Source of the DNA: an uncultured Thermoleophilia bacterium
Lineage (GTDB): Bacteria > Actinomycetota > Thermoleophilia > UBA2241
Length of the DNA: 64,000 nt
Assembly (NCBI GenBank): GCA_963715985.1
Contig: CAVQSP010000014.1
Coordinates: 32,001-96,000, forward strand
Reading direction: 5' to 3'
The notes below the pieces were generated by a model. That model did no database searches. It was not told the DNA's origin and was given only the letters and a program-made list of their open reading frames with translations. Both the position numbers and the translations under genes were made by a program. Shown piece after piece: positions 56,893 to 64,000 of the stretch (position 1 is its first letter; the number at the start of each line of letters is the position of its first letter).

Positions 56893-58094
56893 TCAGCTGC
56901 CTGTGAGGCAGCTGCCGGCGAACGCGACCATCTCGTTGGTGGCCTTGGAGAACGCCTCGGCCGTCTTCATGAGCGCCGGATGCGTGTTGTACTCCTCGCG
57001 CGTGTAGCCGTCCTCGTCGTAGGCGCGTGAGAAGTACGGGATCTTCATCAGCTTCTCCATGACCTCCGCCGGCGGGTCGACGTCGATCTGGCCGGGCTTG
57101 AACGTGATCTCGCCGGCACGCGGGAAGTTGATGACCTCGTCGATGAGCGACGGCGGGCAGGTGACGACGATGTCGGCGCCGGCCTTCTCCTCGAGATGCC
57201 ACAGGTGCGTCACGCCGTCGATGGTGGGGCCGAGGCGCAGCGAGCAGGAGAGCATCTTGCTCTCGTAGGCGCGCTCCTTGACGGTGCGGTACGCCTTCTT
57301 GAAGATGGCGAGCTCGGCGTAACGCACGTCGCTCTCGGTGATGTCCACGCCCACCTCGGCGCCGGCATCCTTGACGCCGCCGAGGTCGCCGTAGCGGGCC
57401 TCCATGTGCGTGATGACCGAGCGCCACTTGCTGAGGTCCACGCCGTTGGCCCTGGCCTTCTCGAGGCCGCGCTTCACGGACTTGGCGCAGTCGAGCAGCT
57501 GCGAGAGCACGAAAGTGAGGGTGTTGTTGGTGGCGATGCCGCGCGAGGTGAGCTCCTCGATGACGTCGTAGCCCTGGGCCGTGCCCGGCACCTTGATCAT
57601 GACGTTGGGGTTCACGGTGTGGATGTCGAGGGCCTGGGCCAGCATGGCCTCGCCGTCGAAGGCGCTGCGCGGGTCGACCTGGCCGGAGAGGAAGCCCTCC
57701 TTGTAGCCGGAGGCCTCGAACAGCGGCAGGAACATGTCCGAGCCCTGCCGCACGACCTCTTTGTACATCAGCCAGAACAGACCCTCGGTGTCGAGGTCCT
57801 TGTTGTCGGCGAGGATCTTGCTGCGCGACCTTCTCCCAGCGGCTCGGGGTCGTCCTTGATGGCGGCCAGAGAGAGGGGCGGGTTGGTGGTGACGCCGCGG
57901 AAGAGCTGGTCCATGGGGTGACCGACGTCGTACATGCGCGCGAACTGGCACTCCAGATTGGCGCGGTCCTTCTCGTCGGCCTTGGCGAGCATCTTGCGGC
58001 ACCAGTTGCTGAAGATGACCGGCGAGGAATCCCACCAGATCTCCATACCGGGGCTGACGGCGACGAGGTCTTCGAAGAGGCTGTGGTCCTTCAT
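56893..58094 (-). CDS. Transaldolase family protein (frameshift at ~57825)
   Basis: EIWWDSSP, GVTTNPPL, SGQVDPR, VMIKVPGT (Schiff-base Lys), NNTLTF. Confidence 0.85.
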
Positions 58095-58231
58095 GTGTCC
58101 CCCTAGACGGTCAGGTTCCGTGGGATGAGCAACGCGGCGCGGCTGCTGCCGCGCGCCCGGTGCTCGGGTACAGGTGCTCCGGGAAAAGCGCACAATCCGT
58201 CACTGAAACGCACACTTTCACACCACTGCGC

Positions 58232-58260
58232 ATACTAGTTCAGGTTCGCACACGTGTCTA
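58232..58260 (-). promoter_or_regulatory. Probable promoter of tal-aminotransferase-tkt unit
   Basis: TAGACA-17-TAGTAT on the minus strand, followed by gtgtgaaagtgtgcgtttcagtg. Confidence 0.5.
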
Positions 58261-58308
58261 GCGGCGTGTGTGCGTTTGTGCCGCCGGCGCACACCGGGAC
58301 GCACGAGA

Positions 58309-58342
58309 AAGACGCGGCGGGCCTTTCGGCCCGCCGCGTCTT
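58309..58342 (-). terminator. Hairpin terminator after permease
   Basis: aagacgcggcgggcc-tttc-ggcccgccgcgtctt. Confidence 0.65.
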
Positions 58343-58370
58343 CAGACACAGCGCAGCGCGGTAGAGCGAC

Positions 58371-59995
58371 TCAGATCGCGTCGAACTGCGTGAGGTCGGC
58401 TTCGATCGCGGCTAGCTCCTCGGGCGTACCCTGGATCTTCGGGCCCTTGAACCACTTGCGAGCACCGGCGATCCACCAGATGAAGGCGAAGCCGATGACG
58501 GCCAGCACCACGATGATCGAGTAGTTGAAGTTCTGCCTCGTGATGGGACTGTAAGGCGGCAGCAGGAACACGATGCAGATGAAGATCACGTAGATGATGG
58601 CGATCCAGCCGATCACCATGCTCACCGTCTTGTTCAACACGTAGGGGCCCGGCACGAACGCCTTCGGGTTGATGCGGCGCAGGAACACCGGCGTCAGGTA
58701 GGCGATGTAGAGGCCGATGACGGCGGTGGCCACCACGGCGTTGTAGGCGGTGTAGTTGAACATGTACGGGACGGAGATGATGAACGCGCCGACGGCGCCG
58801 AACCAGGCCGAGCGCACAGGCACGCGACGCTTCTTGCTGACGTGGTGCCAGAACTTGGAGCCCGGCACCGCGCCGTCACGCGAGAACGCGTAGATCATGC
58901 GCGAGTTGGCCGTCACCGACGACATGCCGCAGAAGAACTGCGCCACGATGACGATCACGATGAGCAGCAGGGCGGTGGATCTGCCTGCCGCCGAGATGAA
59001 GGTCACCGCCCAGTTGGGGTACAGCACGGCGAGTTCCGCATAGCTCGTGACCTGGGTCCCCGCGAAGGAGATGGGGTGCGAGAAGTCCGGGATCGCGTAG
59101 CTGATCGCCGACGAGCAGGATGAAGCCGGCGATGAGCGAGACCCAGATGGACCGGACGATGCCCTTGGCCGCCTGGACGTTGGCCGAGATCGTCTCCTCG
59201 GACACGTGGGCCGAGGCGTCGTAGCCGGTGAACGTGTACTGGGCGTTCAGCATGCCGAGAGCGATGACGTAGAGGGGCGCCGTCCACCCCGAGAGCCCCT
59301 TGAACGCGTTCCACCCCTCGCTGCCGAACATGAACGAGGCCGAGTTGTGGGTCGAGCCGCTGGCGGGCGCCCCAGTACAGAAGGACGACGATGATGGCCA
59401 CGCCGATGAGGTGCCAGTAGACCGAGACGTCGTTGAGCAAGGCCACCAGGCGGACGTTGAAGGTGTTCAGCAGGCCCTGCAGGAACAGGATGACGGCGAG
59501 GATGCCGATGATGTGCCCCGGCGAAAGCCAGTACGCCTCGCCGGTGATCTCGCCCAGGAAGGCCGCGACCGAGAACGCGCAGCCGAAGCTGATGCCGGCC
59601 GTGACGGCGACCTGCCCCAGCAGGTTGAACCAGCCGGTGAACCAGGACCACCAGGGCCCGCTCTTGCCCGGCGCCAGCTTGGCCGACCAGTAGTAGAGGC
59701 CGCCGGCCGTCGGGTAGGCCGAGCAGATCTCGGCCATCGACAGGCCGGCGAAGATGACCATCAAGCCGACGAACAGCCAGCCCCAGTTCATGACCGGCGG
59801 GCCGCCGTGGAGCAGGCCGTAGGAGTAGACGGTCAGGCAGCCCGACAGGATGGAGATGATGGTGAAGGAGATGGCGAAGTTGGAGAACCCGCTCATCTTC
59901 CTGTCGAGCTCCTGCGCGTAGCCCATCTCGTGCAATCGTTGTGTGTCTTCGTCCAGCTGCTGGACCGCTGGCGCTACGGACGGTTCATCTGCCAC
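58371..59995 (-). CDS. Amino acid/polyamine (GABA/choline-type) APC permease (frameshifts)
   Basis: MGYAQELDR, FSNFAISFTIISIL, AEICSAYPTAGGLYYW, TGYDASAHVSEET, SRMIYAFSRDGA. Confidence 0.88.
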
Positions 59996-60226
59996 GTCAA
60001 CCCCCCCTGTTCGAGCTACGTCGTGACGACGCGTTCCTTGAGGGCCATTTAGTACGCTGGCCGTGCCTGCTGTCAATAGTCGTGCGAGTCTGTGTGCGAC
60101 TGTGAGTGAAAGTGAACGGAAACCCCCATCCCAGCGGCCTCAGGGGCTCGCCGGGCGGTGCCACCGCAAGAGTACGGCCGCCCGCGCGTAGCGCAGGCGG
60201 CCGCATGCACAAGCGGTCTGGCGGGC

Positions 60227-62590
60227 TCAGCTCGCGCGCCGGCGCGCCTCCGCGTAGCGCACGATGGCGCGCGCCTGGCTGGCGCCGTCCAGGCCGGCCT
60301 CGGCGAGGACCACCTCGCCCTGGCCGCTGCCGAGGTAGTGGCCTTTGAGATACGGGTGCAGGGTGGCGGCGCGCCCCTCCGCTGAGGTGACCCAGCGCAT
60401 CATGGTCGGTAGCGTGAAGCCGGTGATGCCCATCGCCTCGCGCGCGTGCACGTCGGGGAACAGGTCCGCCTGCTCGGCCTCGCTGAGGCCGTCGAAGAGC
60501 TCGGCGCTGGCCACGTAGTAGACGCGCGCGTCGACGCCTTGCTCGAGGAGCAGCGGCAGCGCCTCCTCCACGAAGGCGTAGGCGACGGCGCTCTCCTGCA
60601 GCACCACGGTGACGTCGGCTTCGCCGGCCGGCGCCCTGAGCAGATACACGCCGGTGACGGCGGCTGCGGCCGGAGCAAGCCCCAGGGCCACGCGGTCGAG
60701 CACCGTCTCGCTCGGCCGTGTGACGAACGGCGCGATGAGCGCCGGCCGTCCGGCGAGCGCCGTGGCCAGCAGCGGCCATACCTCCTGCGGCTCCCACGGC
60801 GTCAGCGTCACGGCAGTGCCGCGAGGGAAGTCCTCCTGGAGCAGCTGCAGTGCCTGCGGGTCGGCGTGAGTGGGGCCGTCCTCACCGGTCTTGAGGCCGG
60901 CGTGAGCACAGACAAGGATCATCGAGTTGTACGGCTCGCCGGTGACGGCCTTACGGGCCTGTGCGCCGATGCAGTGCAGACGCCCGGCGATGTGGCCGAG
61001 CGGTGCCATGAAGGCGCCGTAGGAGCTGCCGACGCCGATCGCGTGGCCGAAGGCCGAGATGCCGGAGAGCACCCCGGCGATGCCGTCCTCGCAGATGCCC
61101 CCGATGGAGAGGAGCCGCGCCTCCGGGTCGCCGACGGCGTTGTAGAAGCCGGGCGGGAAGTCGGCCGCCACCACGTTGACGCTGGTGGATCCGTAGAGGT
61201 CGGCCGAGGCCGTGAGCAGCGCGCCGTTCGAGGCCCTGTTGAGGTAGCGCAGTGCATCGCCGAGAGCACCGCGGATGGTGGTGGACGAGCCGGGCGTCAG
61301 CCGCAGCTCGTCCGGGATCGACCGCTGCGCGGCCGTCGCCGTCTCGTACGCGGCCTGGACGCGCGGCGCGTGCGCACGGGGGTTGCGGCCGCGGGTGTCC
61401 AGATGATCGCCCGCGGCGCGCAGGCGCTCGGCCAGCGCCGCCGCCGCGTCGCCCTCCTGCTGGAGGCGCGCGCGCACGACGCCCAGCGCGGCCCAGAAGC
61501 ACTCCTCACGCACATCAGGGCCGTCGCTCCCGGCACAGCGGAGGTCACCTGTCCCGCAGCTGGGCAGGACAGCGTCGTCGCCTCCGGTGAGGTCCGCCAA
61601 GGCCTCGTAGTAGCCGGGCGAGCAGAGCTTGTGGCCGGCGCCGTGGGAGGCCTTGCCCTCCACCCCGTAGCGCCAGCCCTTGAGCGTGCGGTACACGATG
61701 GCCGTCGGCTGGCTGGTGTCCAGGCTCAAGGCCAGGCGCTGGGCCGCGACGATCTGCTGCAGGTCGAAGCCGTCCGCCACCTCGATGACGTTCCAGTCGT
61801 GCAGGTAGAAGAGCTCGGCCGGCGTCCACTGCACGTAGTCGCCGGGGAGCTCGCCCTCGCGACAGACCCGGTTGCTGTCGATGGACGCCTGGTTCCAGTC
61901 CAGGTGCATGAAGACGTTGCCCAGCGAGGCGGTGCCGGCCGCGGCCAGTGACTCGGCCACGCGGCCGGGCGTAAGGCCGCCCTCGCCCTCCACGATGTGC
62001 ACGCGCGGAGCGTCCGCGCCGTAGCGGTCGCGGGCCCCGAAGGCGAGGCCGATGGAGCTGGCGTCGCCCACGCCGGAGGCTCCCGTCGAGAGTCGCACGA
62101 ACGGCGTGGCCGGCGTGGGGTGCCCGTCCAGCGCCTTGGCGTTGAAACGGCGGAAGAGCGGTGTGGCCGTGATGGGGTTGCGGCGGAAGCCCAGCAGGTC
62201 CTCGAATCGCAGGCGCCGAGCGTCGGCACGGGGCAGCAGCTCGGGTGCGGCCACGCGGGCCACTTCGTCACGCAGGGCCCACATGGCGTACAGGCCCATG
62301 GCTTTGTGGCCGGCCCCGTAGCTCACGAGGTCCGCGTCCTGCCGCTCGGGGTCGTCAAGGCGGTACTCGAGCGCGTCGAACAGGAGGGCGGCCACGAACC
62401 GTCCGGAGGAGATCGACCCGCCGGGGTGCCCCGACGTGGGTACGTAGTTGAAGAGGACGGCGCAGAGGGAGCGGTACAGCAGGTCAAGCGTCTCGAAGGC
62501 AGCGACGTCCGCCGGGGACAGCGGCGCGCCCGCCGTCGAGGCGTCGATCTCGATGGAGACGGCGCGCCTGGGGCCGAAGGGGAGAGTCAC
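60227..62590 (-). CDS. Divergent transketolase-like ThDP enzyme (787 aa)
   Basis: SGHPGGSIS, LDGHP, STGASGVG, GEGG..DWN in place of GDG..N, SADL, HAGLKTGEDGPTHAD. Confidence 0.8.
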   Translation of the reverse strand: MTLPFGPRRAVSIEIDASTAGAPLSPADVAAFETLDLLYRSLCAVLFNYVPTSGHPGGSISSGRFVAALLFDALEYRLDDPERQDADLVSYGAGHKAMGLYAMWALRDEVARVAAPELLPRADARRLRFEDLLGFRRNPITATPLFRRFNAKALDGHPTPATPFVRLSTGASGVGDASSIGLAFGARDRYGADAPRVHIVEGEGGLTPGRVAESLAAAGTASLGNVFMHLDWNQASIDSNRVCREGELPGDYVQWTPAELFYLHDWNVIEVADGFDLQQIVAAQRLALSLDTSQPTAIVYRTLKGWRYGVEGKASHGAGHKLCSPGYYEALADLTGGDDAVLPSCGTGDLRCAGSDGPDVREECFWAALGVVRARLQQEGDAAAALAERLRAAGDHLDTRGRNPRAHAPRVQAAYETATAAQRSIPDELRLTPGSSTTIRGALGDALRYLNRASNGALLTASADLYGSTSVNVVAADFPPGFYNAVGDPEARLLSIGGICEDGIAGVLSGISAFGHAIGVGSSYGAFMAPLGHIAGRLHCIGAQARKAVTGEPYNSMILVCAHAGLKTGEDGPTHADPQALQLLQEDFPRGTAVTLTPWEPQEVWPLLATALAGRPALIAPFVTRPSETVLDRVALGLAPAAAAVTGVYLLRAPAGEADVTVVLQESAVAYAFVEEALPLLLEQGVDARVYYVASAELFDGLSEAEQADLFPDVHAREAMGITGFTLPTMMRWVTSAEGRAATLHPYLKGHYLGSGQGEVVLAEAGLDGASQARAIVRYAEARRRAS

Positions 62591-62813
62591 GGTATCCGCT
62601 CCTTCCTCGCGATCCGCGAAGTGCTTGCTCGCAGGCGGGCCGCCCGCGACGGGCGGCCCGCTGCGGCGATTCTATAGAGACGCGCCCGCGTTCGTCATCA
62701 GAGCCGGCGGTCGCCTGCACCGGCGGGGGCGGACCGGAGACAGAAGCGGGGCGGGGGCGCTCTGCGGGCGTGCCCCCGCCTCCAGGGTCAGGCCGGTCGG
62801 GTCGGCGCGCTCG

Positions 62814-63446
62814 TCACTTCCCCAGCAGCTCGTTGATCTTCTTGACCCCGTCGTTGGCGTCCTCGGCGTAGGCGTCGGCGCCGATCTGGTCGGCCCAGCG
62901 CTGCGTGGCGGGGGCGCCGCCGACGACGCACTTGTAGGGCAGGCCCTCCTCCTTGACGCGCTTGATGACCTTCTTCTGCTCCTCCATCGTCGTCGTGAGC
63001 AGGGCGCTCATGCCGATCACGTCGGCGCCGGTCTCGGCGGCCTTGGTAAGGAAGGCCTCGGCGGGCACGTCGCGCCCCAAGTCGTGGACCTCGTAGCCGT
63101 TGGCCTTCAGGTAGGCGATCACGATCGCCTTGCCGATGTCGTGCACGTCGCCCTGCACGGTGCCGATGACGATCACGCCCTTGGCCTCGGCGGCCTCCCC
63201 TTCGAGGGCGGCGTTGGTGACCTCGGTGGCGCCGGCCATGGCGTCGGCGCTCATCATCAGCTCGGGGAGGAAGACCTCGCCGCTCTCGAAGAGCTCGCCG
63301 ACCTCCTGGATGCCCATGACGAAGCCGTTCTGCATGATGTCGGCGGGGCTGATGCCCTCGGCGAGGGCGCGAGCTGCGACCGCTTCGGCCCCGGCGCGGT
63401 CGGCGTCGATGATGGTCTGGGCTGCTTCTTCGTAGATGGTGGCCAT
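62814..63446 (-). CDS. Methyltransferase cognate corrinoid protein (MtbC/MttC-like)
   Basis: Cap domain GMxEVGELFESGEVFLPELMMSA; GDVHDIGK (DxHxxG), SALLTTT, GGAP. Confidence 0.93.
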   Translation of the reverse strand: MATIYEEAAQTIIDADRAGAEAVAARALAEGISPADIMQNGFVMGIQEVGELFESGEVFLPELMMSADAMAGATEVTNAALEGEAAEAKGVIVIGTVQGDVHDIGKAIVIAYLKANGYEVHDLGRDVPAEAFLTKAAETGADVIGMSALLTTTMEEQKKVIKRVKEEGLPYKCVVGGAPATQRWADQIGADAYAEDANDGVKKINELLGK

Positions 63447-63537
63447 GCGTGGGGCTCCTTCCTCTCCCATGTCGCGCTCTGATCCCCTCGTCCGTCGACC
63501 GGTGATGGCTGCCGTGGCGCTGATCCGGGGTGCGTGC

Positions 63538-63588
63538 GTGCGAGTGCAAAACTAGCACGTTCGCGAACGTTATCAAACACACTCGCAC
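63538..63588. promoter_or_regulatory. Nested palindromic operator over the corrinoid-gene promoter
   Basis: gtgcgagtg ... acgttcgcgaacgt ... cactcgcac; minus-strand TTGATA-16-TAGTTT. Confidence 0.5.
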
Positions 63589-63755
63589 TTGACGCGGCGC
63601 CGGTCGAGCCCGCGCTGGGTGTTGCTCTTGTTCGCTTCTGTCTGTCACGCAGGCCGCGACCGTCTGAATGGACACTGATAGACTCGAACCGCCGAGTCCC
63701 GCACGACCGGCGGTTCGCGAGCCGCTCAGCTGACCGCTTCATGAAGGAGAGGAAC

Positions 63756-64000
63756 ATGGGTAGTCACGACTGGATGGGCCTGCAGAAGAGCTTCCCCTTC
63801 GTCCTTCCGGGGCGTATCCAATTCGGCCCCGGGGTGTCCCAGACCGTCGGCCAAGAGGCGGCAGCGCTTGGCCACAGGGCGTTGCTCGTGACCGATCCGG
63901 GGGTCGCCGGTGCAGGGCTCGTCGAGCCGATCCAGGGCGAGTTGGAGCGCGCCGGTCTGGAGTGCGCCGTGTTCGCCGAAGTCGAAGCCAATCCGCGCAT
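63756..64000 (+). CDS. Iron-containing alcohol dehydrogenase family (3'-truncated)
   Basis: Hand translation, absent from the ORF track: MGSHDW..FVLPGRIQFGPG..RALLVTDPGV..GLV..VFAEVEANP; AGGAGAGG RBS. Confidence 0.85.
   Translation, partial: MGSHDWMGLQKSFPFVLPGRIQFGPGVSQTVGQEAAALGHRALLVTDPGVAGAGLVEPIQGELERAGLECAVFAEVEANPR

Overview
High-GC bacterial window. Gene order and rRNA sequence suggest a deep-branching, probably anaerobic Actinomycetota such as Thermoleophilia; this is an inference. Many single-base frameshifts, including in the essential genes pheT and tyrS, point to long-read indel errors rather than real pseudogenes. Left half: the 3' part of a multiheme cytochrome c gene, infC-rpmI-rplT behind an L20-type leader, trmH-like, pheS-pheT, an inserted 1212-aa repeat surface protein, an argCJB-argR-argGH operon preceded by an Arg-rich short ORF, mpg, NIF3-like, U32-like, tyrS and a complete 16S-23S-5S rRNA operon. 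The 16S-23S spacer has no tRNA but carries a membrane-protein ORF. Right half: three tandem non-pyrrolysine MttB-family methyltransferases and an agmatine deiminase regulon (two carbamate kinases, TetR, twin operators). This is followed by a 17-kb DeoR-flanked catabolic island: APH-type kinase, APC permeases, a metallophosphoesterase plus a nucleotidyltransferase-fold protein, two transketolases, a HisC-like aminotransferase, a transaldolase-like protein, a corrinoid protein and an Fe-ADH. The best novelty candidates are the rRNA-spacer ORF, the NTase/phosphoesterase/permease module with its surrounding amino-polyol-like pathway, and the putative Arg leader peptide.
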